Below, piece by piece: positions 31,197 through 39,830 of a stretch of DNA of 64,000 nucleotides. Each line of letters starts with the position of its first letter. Position 1 is the first letter of the stretch. This DNA is from Flavobacteriia bacterium (GTDB taxonomy: Bacteria > Bacteroidota > Bacteroidia > Flavobacteriales > Flavobacteriaceae). A program made the translations under genes and the position numbers. Location: positions 479 through 64,478 of the forward strand of contig JAAFHW010000004.1 in the NCBI GenBank assembly GCA_013298525.1. Reading direction: 5' to 3'. The notes below the pieces were generated by a model, which did no database searches, was not told the origin of the DNA, and worked only from the letters and a program-made list of their open reading frames with translations.

Positions 31197-31988
31197 ATGA
31201 CAGATTCAGAGAAATTAATTAAGCTCAAAGAACTTCTTCTTAGTGAGGACAGAGATTTTGCGCAAAATATTTTACAAAAATTAGATTCTCTTGAAGATAC
31301 GGTTAACACGCACGAAAAACTTTCTGAAAAAGTAAACCCAATTATTGATAAAAAAATAGACACTTTTGTGGAAGAAATTCCAACAAAATTAGGTCCAGTT
31401 ATTGCCGATGCTTTAACTAAATCGCAAGATAAAGTGGTGGAAGCTCTTTTTCCAATCATTGGTAAAATGATAAAGAAATACATTCAGCAAGAAATAAAAG
31501 CGCTTTCAGATTCTATTAATAGCCAAGTTCAAACTACTTTTTCAATTAAAACCTGGCAACGAAAAGTTAAAGCGATTTTCACAGGAGTTTCCGAAAAAGA
31601 AATCATTTTGAGCGAAATGAATCAAGCGTCTGTCGAACAAGTTTTCGTTATAGAAAAAGGTTCAGGTTTGATTATTTCAAGTGCATCCAAACAAGAAAGT
31701 ATCGATGAAGATATGATTGCTGGTATGTTAACAGCGATTAAAAGTTTCGTTGAAGATGCCTTCAAAAAAGACCAACAAAGCTTAGAATCAATTCAATATG
31801 AATTATTTGAAATTCACATTCAAAATTTTACTTCCTATTATTTTGCAGTTGTAATTTCAGGAGGATTTGATGCTTTTTTCAAAAATAAATTAGAAAATAA
31901 ATTATTCGATATTGCTTCTCATATTAAAACAGATGCTATCGATAAAGAATATATAACCATTAAGTTAACAGAATTCATCCATGAATAG
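31197..31988 (+). CDS. Coiled-coil plus longin/roadblock-like domain protein
   Basis: Helical N-half, then VEQVFVIEKGSGLII...DEDMIAGMLTAIKSFVEDAF...YFAVVISG, a beta-beta-alpha-beta-beta-beta-alpha pattern; no TM segment. Confidence 0.7.
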   Translation: MTDSEKLIKLKELLLSEDRDFAQNILQKLDSLEDTVNTHEKLSEKVNPIIDKKIDTFVEEIPTKLGPVIADALTKSQDKVVEALFPIIGKMIKKYIQQEIKALSDSINSQVQTTFSIKTWQRKVKAIFTGVSEKEIILSEMNQASVEQVFVIEKGSGLIISSASKQESIDEDMIAGMLTAIKSFVEDAFKKDQQSLESIQYELFEIHIQNFTSYYFAVVISGGFDAFFKNKLENKLFDIASHIKTDAIDKEYITIKLTEFIHE

Positions 31989-32475
31989 TTCGAAAAAAGT
32001 TGTTTTAGTAGGACATTTTGGTGTTGGAAAATCTTCTTTGATGAGGCGATTTGTTCAAAACACATTTTCTGATAATTATATTGTTACTATTGGTGTTCAT
32101 ATTCTCAAAAAAGAAATTAAAATTGAAGAACTAAATCTAACTTTAGTAATTTGGGATATTGAAGGAAAAGACGATATTCAAAAAGTACGTTCGTCTTATC
32201 TTTTAGGTACTTCAGGATTTATTTATGTTATCGATCCAACGCGTTCACAAACCTATGAACGATTTAATGAAGAGATTGATTTTTTAAAAACAACCTATCC
32301 AACTTCAAAAATTGTTTCTGTTGCCAATAAATCAGATTTAATTGATATTGAGGAATTTAAAAAATTACTAGAGCAAGAAAACATTTCAATTGACTATTTT
32401 GCAAGTGCCAAAGAAGGAATTGAAGTTGAAAATTTATTTCAAACAATTGGACTGAAAATGGTAAAAAATGTTTGA
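31981..32475 (+). CDS. Ras-superfamily (Rab-like) small GTPase
   Basis: G1 GHFGVGKS, G2 TIG, G3 WDIEG, G4 NKSD, G5 SAK; 164-aa stand-alone domain. Confidence 0.93.
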   Translation: MNSSKKVVLVGHFGVGKSSLMRRFVQNTFSDNYIVTIGVHILKKEIKIEELNLTLVIWDIEGKDDIQKVRSSYLLGTSGFIYVIDPTRSQTYERFNEEIDFLKTTYPTSKIVSVANKSDLIDIEEFKKLLEQENISIDYFASAKEGIEVENLFQTIGLKMVKNV

Positions 32476-33985
32476 GCAAATTAGAAATAAATATCTCTAT
32501 AATAAAACTCAAATTGTAGTTTTAGACAAGCAAGGAATTGTTTTGCATTCCGATGATTTGCTTTATAAAATTCAGAAACAAACTTCAATTTCTGATTTTC
32601 ATCCTTTTTTTGAGACCATTATTTCTTTAATTGATTTAGAATACAACGAGTTTACATTTAGCTGTATTCATATTGATTATGAAGGAATTAAAAAAACTAT
32701 TGACGTCATTTTCAATTCAGGTTCAAATAATGAAAATCCGTTTCTAATTTTTATTGACTTTACAGAACACTACAATAATTTTCAAAGCATAGCCCAAGAA
32801 AAAAATGAATCTGTTCTTAGTTTTCATTTGGCAGAAATAAAAAACCAGCAATTACAATCGGAGAAGAATTTTAAAAACAAATTCTTAGCCAATGTAAGTC
32901 ATGATTTGAAAACACCATTAAGCGCTTCGTTATGGTTTTTGGGAATGTTAGAAAAATCTGAAATCACTTCTTCTCAAAAAGAAATGATTGCATTAATGAA
33001 GGAAACAACAAATCATATAAAAGAGCTAGTAGATGATATTTTAGATTTATCAAAAATAGAAATGGGGCAAATAAAACTTCAAACTGCTCCATTCGATTTT
33101 ATTGAAATGCTTTACCATATTGAAAAAATTATAGCTCCAAAAGCAAGAACAAAAAAGCTTGATTTTCAAATTGTAAAAGATAAAAACCTGCCAAAATTAG
33201 TGGTTGGTGATAAAACTAGAATTGTGCAAATCATTATCAATTTGCTAGATAATGCTATAAAATTTACCAAAAAAGGCAGTGTTGTTCTTTCAGTTGTTGT
33301 AAAAGAAATTGAAAGTAATAATGCTACAATTTTGATAAAAGTTGCCGATACAGGAACAGGAATAAAAGCTAATGAAAAAGGCGAAGTTTTTCAAAGTTTC
33401 AAAAAACTTCACGATTCCAAAAAAATTGATGGTTCTGGTTTAGGACTTTCTATTGTTTCAAATCTATTAGAATTAATGGGAGGTAAAATAGATTATCAAA
33501 CAGAATTAAATGTCGGTACCACTTTTGAGATTGAAATTCCTTTAGAAATTAAAGAAAGTGAAGTTGGTACTAAACCATTTGAATTTATTGAAATCATCAA
33601 TAAACTTAATGTACTTATTGTAGAAGACGATGAAATTAATCAACTTTTATTGATGAAATTGTTATTAAATCATGGTGGATTTAATATTAATATTGCTAAT
33701 AATGGTTTGCAAGCTATTGAAATGGTAGAACAAAATCCATATGATTTAATTTTTATGGATAAAGAAATGCCCCAAATGGATGGCTATCAAACTACAGTTG
33801 TTTTGAGGGAAAATATAAAAAAAGAAATTAATTCTATTCCAATTATTGGCGTTTCAGGCCATCCTGTTGCTAATCAAAAGGAGATTTTTGACGCAATGGG
33901 TTTTAATGGGTATATAACAAAGCCATACAAGAAAGAAGAAATTTATGAAATGGTTTATGAAGTATTAAAACTAAAAAAGTCCTAA
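32468..33985 (+). CDS. Soluble hybrid sensor histidine kinase (PAS-like, HisKA, HATPase, REC)
   Basis: H-box NVSHDLKTPL, N-box NLLDNAIKFT, DTGTGI, GSGLGL; receiver VEDD/FMD/KP; no TM helix. Confidence 0.93.
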   Translation: MFEQIRNKYLYNKTQIVVLDKQGIVLHSDDLLYKIQKQTSISDFHPFFETIISLIDLEYNEFTFSCIHIDYEGIKKTIDVIFNSGSNNENPFLIFIDFTEHYNNFQSIAQEKNESVLSFHLAEIKNQQLQSEKNFKNKFLANVSHDLKTPLSASLWFLGMLEKSEITSSQKEMIALMKETTNHIKELVDDILDLSKIEMGQIKLQTAPFDFIEMLYHIEKIIAPKARTKKLDFQIVKDKNLPKLVVGDKTRIVQIIINLLDNAIKFTKKGSVVLSVVVKEIESNNATILIKVADTGTGIKANEKGEVFQSFKKLHDSKKIDGSGLGLSIVSNLLELMGGKIDYQTELNVGTTFEIEIPLEIKESEVGTKPFEFIEIINKLNVLIVEDDEINQLLLMKLLLNHGGFNINIANNGLQAIEMVEQNPYDLIFMDKEMPQMDGYQTTVVLRENIKKEINSIPIIGVSGHPVANQKEIFDAMGFNGYITKPYKKEEIYEMVYEVLKLKKS

Positions 33986-34002
33986 GAAATTAGGACTTTT
34001 TT
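33973..34002. terminator. Bidirectional terminator closing the GTPase operon
   Basis: AAAAAAGTCCTAA-gaaa-TTAGGACTTTTTT overlapping the kinase stop. Confidence 0.88.
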
Positions 34003-34023
34003 ATATTTTAAAGAATAATTATA

Positions 34024-34455
34024 TTACTTATTCATGTGAGTCATTTCAAAAGTAAATGTGTCTAAATCAACACCCATTACTAATAAAGACAATGCTTTGT
34101 CAACTATGTAATTTACATTTCCTGGAGTAAAACCTAATGCCAAAGCAAAACGAGTTAAAATTTCTTTTTGCTTAGGTCCAAGAATGTGATCTGCATAAAC
34201 CATTCTTGATAAATCATACAAACGCTCCAATCTGTGCGCATAAGAATACGGCGGATTGATTGGGTATTTCAATGGATTTTCAAGAATTTCTTCATATTCA
34301 GCTGCCGAAATTTCTAATCTTACAGCTAGCTTATCCAAAAATTCTTTTTCTTCTTTGCTCAAATCTCCGTCAGAAGTGGCAACACGAACAATAGCCGAAA
34401 AATGACCTTTATTTCTCGTTTTAAATTCGCTATCAAATAAATCTGAAAATGACAT
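34024..34455 (-). CDS. TerB-family (tellurite resistance-like) protein
   Basis: VATSDGDLSKEE and VYADH duplicated TerB-like motifs. Confidence 0.75.
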   Translation of the reverse strand: MSFSDLFDSEFKTRNKGHFSAIVRVATSDGDLSKEEKEFLDKLAVRLEISAAEYEEILENPLKYPINPPYSYAHRLERLYDLSRMVYADHILGPKQKEILTRFALALGFTPGNVNYIVDKALSLLVMGVDLDTFTFEMTHMNK

Positions 34456-34599
34456 AATTATAATGGTTTTATTATGCAAATATAATTCAAATTCCTCAAA
34501 AACCGAAAATGTTTTTCATCGAATTTAAGATAATCTTTTCTGCCAAATTCAAAATAAATTGTAAGTTTACATTCCTAAAAATTGCTAAAAACTCAACCT

Positions 34600-35193
34600 A
34601 TGTCAGATTTTTGGATTTATTTCAAAATTGGTCTCAACCACGTTTTAGACATCAATGGCTATGACCACGTTTTATTTTTAATTGCATTAACCGTTCCTTA
34701 CGCTTTTAAGGATTGGAAAAGAGTACTTTTATTAGTAACCATTTTCACCATCGGACACACACTAGCTTTGATGCTTTCTGTTTTTAATATCGTAACTGTT
34801 CAAGCTAATATTGTCGAATTTCTGATTCCAATTACGATTCTAATAACGGCATTTTTTAACCTTTTTACCGCCGGAAAATCATCCAAACAAGAAAGCATAA
34901 CCTTTATTGGAGCCATAACTTTATTCTTCGGAATCATTCACGGATTAGGGTTTTCTAACTATTTTAAAGAAATCCTTCCAGGAAAACCAACTGACAAATT
35001 GTGGCCATTACTAGAATTCGCAATCGGAATTGAAGCCGCGCAAATTATTGTAGTTTTAGTAGTTTTAATTTTATCATTCATTGTTCAAACCTTATTCCGA
35101 TTCAGCAAACGCGATTTTACATTAACCATGTCAGCATTTGTCATTGGAGTTGTAATTCCGTTAATTATTGAAAGTCCAATTTGGAAACGATAA
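34600..35193 (+). CDS. HupE/UreJ family membrane protein
   Basis: G..HV...GYDH.LFL, FTIGH, FGIIHGLGF, GIE.AQ. Confidence 0.88.
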   Translation: MSDFWIYFKIGLNHVLDINGYDHVLFLIALTVPYAFKDWKRVLLLVTIFTIGHTLALMLSVFNIVTVQANIVEFLIPITILITAFFNLFTAGKSSKQESITFIGAITLFFGIIHGLGFSNYFKEILPGKPTDKLWPLLEFAIGIEAAQIIVVLVVLILSFIVQTLFRFSKRDFTLTMSAFVIGVVIPLIIESPIWKR

Positions 35194-35235
35194 TCTTGGA
35201 TTAGAAGCAAATCAGTAGTTATATTTGTAAACCAT

Positions 35236-35301
35236 TTTCCTGCTTTTCGTTGCAATCTTTTCTTTAAAAAAAGAAAAGTATTTCCTCTACAATCAGGGCT
35301 A
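35236..35301 (+). ncRNA. Flavo-1-like structured RNA/repeat, copy 2
   Basis: TTTCCTGCTTTTCGTTGCAATCTTTT...AAAAGTATTTCCTCTACAATCAGGGCTA; homologous to 569-657; TATATTTG at 35220-35227 just upstream. Confidence 0.6.
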
Positions 35302-35380
35302 AAGGAGATACCATTTGAATAGAGTTCAGAAATAAATAAAATAAACTTTGTGCCTTCGTGCCTTAAATAAATAATGAAGA

Positions 35381-35403
35381 GATACTGAAACAAGTTCAGC
35401 ATT
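35381..35403. repeat. REP-like CTGAAACAAGTTCAG palindrome
   Basis: GATACTGAAACAAGTTCAGCATT; same 15-nt core as 20901-20915. Confidence 0.75.
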
Positions 35404-35406
35404 AAT

Positions 35407-35835
35407 ATGAAAGACAAAAAACAAAATAAATACGATAAAGCCTATTTAAGAATCGCTTCCGAATGGAGCAAACTTTCTTATTGTAAGCGCAAGCAAGTAG
35501 GCGCAATAATTGTTCGCGACCGAATGATAATTTCCGATGGTTACAACGGAACACCATCAGGATTTGAAAACTGCTGTGAAGATAATGAAGGACTAACACA
35601 ATGGTATGTGCTTCATGCTGAGGCAAATGCTATTTTAAAAGTGGCACGTTCTACACAATCTTGCGATAACGCTACTTTATATATTACACTTTCTCCTTGT
35701 AAAGAATGTAGTAAACTAATTCACCAATCAGGAATAAAACGAGTGGTTTATCAAAACGGTTATCGCGACACCTCAGGAATTGATTTCCTTGAAAAAGCTG
35801 GAATCGAAGTTTCTCAAATTGAAGAGTTAGATTAA
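35407..35835 (+). CDS. dCMP deaminase (ComEB-like)
   Basis: S.C.R.QVGA, GYNG.P, HAEAN, SPCKEC. Confidence 0.92.
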   Translation: MKDKKQNKYDKAYLRIASEWSKLSYCKRKQVGAIIVRDRMIISDGYNGTPSGFENCCEDNEGLTQWYVLHAEANAILKVARSTQSCDNATLYITLSPCKECSKLIHQSGIKRVVYQNGYRDTSGIDFLEKAGIEVSQIEELD

Positions 35836-35926
35836 GTTTTATAAAGTTTTAGGAAATAATAGGATATGTTTAACGTTCCTATACTATAAACCTTTGTAAT
35901 TTTGACAAGCTAATTAATTGTTTTTC

Positions 35927-37507
35927 ATGAAAATTAATAAAATCTATTTACCATTACTTTTTTTCTCGTGCGTGGCGCTTGGCATTGTCATTGGTGGTTT
36001 GATTAATTATCCTGTAGCAAAACCTTCTTTGTCTAAAAATGATTACAAAACAAAACTCAATAAATTAATCAATTTTATTGATAATGAGTATGTTGATGAT
36101 GTAAAAACCGACTCCATTGTAGATTTAACGGTTAATAACATTCTTGCTAATCTTGATCCTCATTCGGTTTATGTTCCGCCAAGTGAGCAAACTGCTGTTG
36201 CTGAAAACATGAAAGGCGATTTCGTTGGAATTGGTGTAAATTTCTACAATTATAATGATACAATTGCCGTTATAAAACCAATAGAAAATGGTCCAGCAGA
36301 AAAAGCCGGAATCAAATCAGGTGACAGAATTTTGTATGCTGATAATTTCAAGCTTTTTGGTAAAAAACTAAAGAATGAAGTGCTTTACAGCAAATTAAAA
36401 GGCGAAAAAGAATCGGAAGTTACCTTGACAATTTACAGAAAATCTGAAAATAAAAATCTGAAAATTAAAGTAATACGCGATATCATACCTATAAAAAGTG
36501 TTGACATTGCTATCCTTTTGAATAAAACCACAGGTTACATAAAAATCAATCGTTTTGCTGAAACTACAGCCGATGAATTTCATACAGCTTTACTGAAATT
36601 GAAGAAAAGTGGCATCAATTCACTTGTAATTGATTTACGTGAAAATGGCGGCGGATTTATGGAAATGGCAGTAGAAATAGCTGACGAGTTATTGAAAGAT
36701 AAAGAATTAATAGTTTTTACTAAAAACAAAAAAGGGAGTATAGATAAAACTTTTGCAACCGATGAAGGTAATTTTGAAACTGGAAAAGTTGCTGTTTTAA
36801 TAGATGAAAACTCAGCGTCTGCAAGCGAGATTTTAGCTGGAGCCATTCAAGATAACGATAGAGGTTTGGTTTACGGAAGACGTTCTTTTGGAAAAGGATT
36901 GGTGCAACGCGAGATGGGTTTTGATGACGGTTCAGCTGTGCGATTGACCATTGCAAGATATTACACACCAAGTGGAAGAAGTATTCAAAAACCTTATGTA
37001 AAAGGTCATACTGAAGAATATTACAAAGAATCTGAAACGCGTTTTGAAAGTGGCGAATTGTATGATAAAGGCAAAATAAAAATTGCTGATTCGTTAAAAT
37101 TCAAAACCAAAAAAGGAAGAACAGTTTATGGTGGTGGCGGAATTGTTCCAGATGTTTTTGTTCCTTTAGAAGTAGAACACGGGCAAGAAAGTTTGGAATA
37201 CATACTTCAAACAGGTATCGTTGGACATTTTGTTTTTGAACAATTAGATCAAAATAGGAGTGCATTTAAAGGTGACGATTTTCAAAGGTTTCAAGCTAAG
37301 ATGCAAAACAATGAAACCTACATTAGTTTGTTTGAAAAATACCTTTCTAAAGCTGGTTTAGACATTAGTTTGAACAAAAGTAGAGCATTAGTTAATCGTT
37401 ACATCACTGCAGAATTTGCTCGTCAATTGTTTGGAGAAAATCAATATTATCAGATTATTTTGAAAGAAGATAAAATGGTGAAAACGGTTTTGAATGGTAA
37501 AAATTAA
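35927..37507 (+). CDS. S41 family C-terminal processing protease
   Basis: LDPHS, PDZ domain, DLRENGGG, SASASEI, FGKGLVQ. Confidence 0.93.
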   Translation: MKINKIYLPLLFFSCVALGIVIGGLINYPVAKPSLSKNDYKTKLNKLINFIDNEYVDDVKTDSIVDLTVNNILANLDPHSVYVPPSEQTAVAENMKGDFVGIGVNFYNYNDTIAVIKPIENGPAEKAGIKSGDRILYADNFKLFGKKLKNEVLYSKLKGEKESEVTLTIYRKSENKNLKIKVIRDIIPIKSVDIAILLNKTTGYIKINRFAETTADEFHTALLKLKKSGINSLVIDLRENGGGFMEMAVEIADELLKDKELIVFTKNKKGSIDKTFATDEGNFETGKVAVLIDENSASASEILAGAIQDNDRGLVYGRRSFGKGLVQREMGFDDGSAVRLTIARYYTPSGRSIQKPYVKGHTEEYYKESETRFESGELYDKGKIKIADSLKFKTKKGRTVYGGGGIVPDVFVPLEVEHGQESLEYILQTGIVGHFVFEQLDQNRSAFKGDDFQRFQAKMQNNETYISLFEKYLSKAGLDISLNKSRALVNRYITAEFARQLFGENQYYQIILKEDKMVKTVLNGKN

Positions 37508-37536
37508 CTTTTTTTACACTTAAAGTGTAAATTAAA

Positions 37537-38145
37537 CTACTTCCTTATAGAATCGTGCGCTTGACTCGAAATCCCATCATTCCACAACGTTAGAATATCG
37601 GTTGCTACTGCAGCGCCACTTCCTGCAGCGATTGCTAATTGACTTCTGTGTCCGGCAAGAGTTCCGGCTACATAAATTCCTTCAGTAACTTTCTGGTCAT
37701 CGTTTTTTAATTGGATGCGTTGTTTTTCAGCAATTGCTTTTTTGTGTGGTTCCACAAAGTGCATTAAACCTTCAATTGCAAACGTATTTGCTGAGCCAAT
37801 TCCAACAACAATATTTTTAGTTTTGTAGGAGTTTTTGTTTGTGATTACATTGAAATTTGGAGAATCACCTTCAATTTTTAAAACTTTTTCACCTTCAATT
37901 TGAGTAACATGAGGATATAAATCTTGAAGTTGTTCCAAACTTTCAGTTAAAAGTTCTGAGCCTAATTTTCCAGCAGGAATTCCGTAAGCATTATTGAATA
38001 AAGCTTCTTGTAAAGAAGATGTTTTTTGATGTGTAATAATTCCGATTTTTTTATCTTGAGCAAAGGCTTTTTTATGAGCCGAACCTAATAATAGTGCACA
38101 AGAAACTCCAGAAACGCCACCGCCAATTATTAAAACATCAAACAT
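37537..38145 (-). CDS. FAD-dependent oxidoreductase (short thioredoxin-reductase-like)
   Basis: DVLIIGGGVSG; GIYVAG...Q..IAAGSGA. Confidence 0.8.
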   Translation of the reverse strand: MFDVLIIGGGVSGVSCALLLGSAHKKAFAQDKKIGIITHQKTSSLQEALFNNAYGIPAGKLGSELLTESLEQLQDLYPHVTQIEGEKVLKIEGDSPNFNVITNKNSYKTKNIVVGIGSANTFAIEGLMHFVEPHKKAIAEKQRIQLKNDDQKVTEGIYVAGTLAGHRSQLAIAAGSGAAVATDILTLWNDGISSQAHDSIRK

Positions 38146-38149
38146 GAGT

Positions 38150-38350
38150 TTATTGATTTTTTAATTTTTCTTCAATTTTTTTAGACATTTTGAAGATAAG
38201 TAAAATTAAAACAGCGCAAAAAGCAGCAGCAATTCCAACTAAAGCAATCAAGCTATCTCCTTCAAATGGATTTTGAAAATCAAGCAAAGTAATGTTGAAA
38301 CCGATTAATCCAATTGCAACTAAAATCAATATAGTAGTAAAAATTTTCAT
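38150..38350 (-). CDS. Small two-TM membrane protein
   Basis: 66 aa, two hydrophobic helices, 4 nt from the next gene. Confidence 0.75.
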   Translation of the reverse strand: MKIFTTILILVAIGLIGFNITLLDFQNPFEGDSLIALVGIAAAFCAVLILLIFKMSKKIEEKLKNQ

Positions 38351-38386
38351 TGATAAATATTTGATACAAAAATAATAAAAATCAGA

Positions 38387-38965
38387 TTAAATGAATAATC
38401 CTTTAACATTAGCTGCAAATAATTTAACAGCAATAGCAAGAAGCACCACACCAAAGGTTTTTCTAATGACACCAAGTCCATTTTTACCCAATAATTTTTC
38501 AATTTTAGCAGAAGATTTTAAAACAGCATAAACCAAAATAATGTTTAATACTATTGCAATTATGATATTTATGGTTGCAAATTGTGAACGTAATGAAAGT
38601 AACGTAGTCATTGTTCCTGCACCAGCAATTAAAGGAAATGCTAATGGAACAATTGATGCAGAAGAATTAGCTTCTTCTTTATAAATTCGAATTCCGAGAA
38701 TCATTTCTAATGCTAAAAAGAACAATACAAACGAACCTGCAACAGCAAAAGAGTGAACATCAATTCCAATTAATTTTAATAATTCTTCTCCAACAAAAAG
38801 GAAGACAATCATTATGACGCCAGCAACAACCGAAGCTTTTTCTGATTCAATGTGACCAAATTTTTGACGTAATTCTACAATAATAGGAATCGTTCCTACA
38901 ATATCAATTACTGCAAAAAGCACCATTCCAATAGTTACAATCTCTTTAAAATCTAATCCAAACAT
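38387..38965 (-). CDS. MarC family membrane protein
   Basis: LFAVID..G..P; IVPLAFPLIAGAG. Confidence 0.9.
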   Translation of the reverse strand: MFGLDFKEIVTIGMVLFAVIDIVGTIPIIVELRQKFGHIESEKASVVAGVIMIVFLFVGEELLKLIGIDVHSFAVAGSFVLFFLALEMILGIRIYKEEANSSASIVPLAFPLIAGAGTMTTLLSLRSQFATINIIIAIVLNIILVYAVLKSSAKIEKLLGKNGLGVIRKTFGVVLLAIAVKLFAANVKGLFI

Positions 38966-39137
38966 AATTCCTCATTTTTCAAAGTGCAAAACTACTGCTT
39001 TCCAAATTGTTAAAATCAAAACGATACGTTAATTTTAGGATATTTATTAAAACCATAAAATCATTTGTACCTTTGCCCAAAATTTTAGATAAGAGAAAAC
39101 ATCTAATACCTAAAATTTAATATCAAATATTTGACAT

Positions 39138-39710
39138 ATGTTTCAGTTAGGAAAAACGATAGTTTCGGAAGATATTTTAGAAAAGGATTTTGTTTGTAAT
39201 CTTTCTGCGTGCCATGGTGCATGTTGTGTAGATGGAGACGCAGGTGCGCCATTGAGTGAAGATGAAACTAAAATTTTAGAGGAAATTTATCCAAAAGTAA
39301 AACCATTTTTACGTAAAGAAGGAATTGAAGCTATTGAGAGACTGGGAACTTGGGTAAAAGGAACGGAGCAAGATTTAGAAACACCTTTAATTGATAATAA
39401 AGATTGTGCCTACGTAATTTTTGACGGTAAAACTGCTTTGTGTGGAATAGAACAAGCCTACAATCAAGGTGTTATTTCTTGGAAAAAACCTGTGTCGTGT
39501 CATTTATATCCAATTCGTGTAAAAGATTTTACTGAATTTGCAGCTGTAAATTATGATCGTTGGGATATTTGCGATGATGCTTGTTCGCTTGGAAAAGAAC
39601 TTCAAGTGCCCATTTACAAGTTTGTAAAAGAAGCTTTGATTAGAAAATTTGGAGAAGATTGGTACCAAGAACTAGAAAAAGTAGCCGAAGATTTAAAAAA
39701 TGGAAAATAA
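39138..39710 (+). CDS. DUF3109-like Cys-rich protein
   Basis: [30 protein letters not shown]. Confidence 0.82.
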   Translation: MFQLGKTIVSEDILEKDFVCNLSACHGACCVDGDAGAPLSEDETKILEEIYPKVKPFLRKEGIEAIERLGTWVKGTEQDLETPLIDNKDCAYVIFDGKTALCGIEQAYNQGVISWKKPVSCHLYPIRVKDFTEFAAVNYDRWDICDDACSLGKELQVPIYKFVKEALIRKFGEDWYQELEKVAEDLKNGK

Positions 39711-39747
39711 AACAAAAATGCCTTGATATCAAGGCATTTTTGTTTTT
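39708..39747. terminator. Bidirectional terminator
   Basis: AAAACAAAAATGCCTTGATATCAAGGCATTTTTGTTTT palindrome between DUF3109 and the tRNA. Confidence 0.88.
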
Positions 39748-39751
39748 AAAG

Positions 39752-39825
39752 TGGAGAATACCGGAGTCGAACCGGTTACCTCTTGCCTGCCAGGCAAGCG
39801 CTCTAGCCAAATGAGCTAATCCCCC
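39752..39825 (-). tRNA. tRNA-Ala(GGC)
   Basis: GGGGGATTAGCTCATTTGGCTAGAGCGCTTGCCTGGCAGGCAAGAGGTAACCGGTTCGACTCCGGTATTCTCCA; anticodon GGC, G3:U70 alanine identity pair; CCA not encoded. Confidence 0.97.
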
Positions 39826-39830
39826 AAAAA

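Noticed and set aside
34024..34455. TerB-like gene as part of the GTPase system
   Set aside because: It is convergent, separated by a bidirectional terminator and has its own upstream -7 element; no evidence of linkage
39752..39825. tRNA as integration site of a genomic island
   Set aside because: No integrase and no duplicated tRNA 3' end seen in the window
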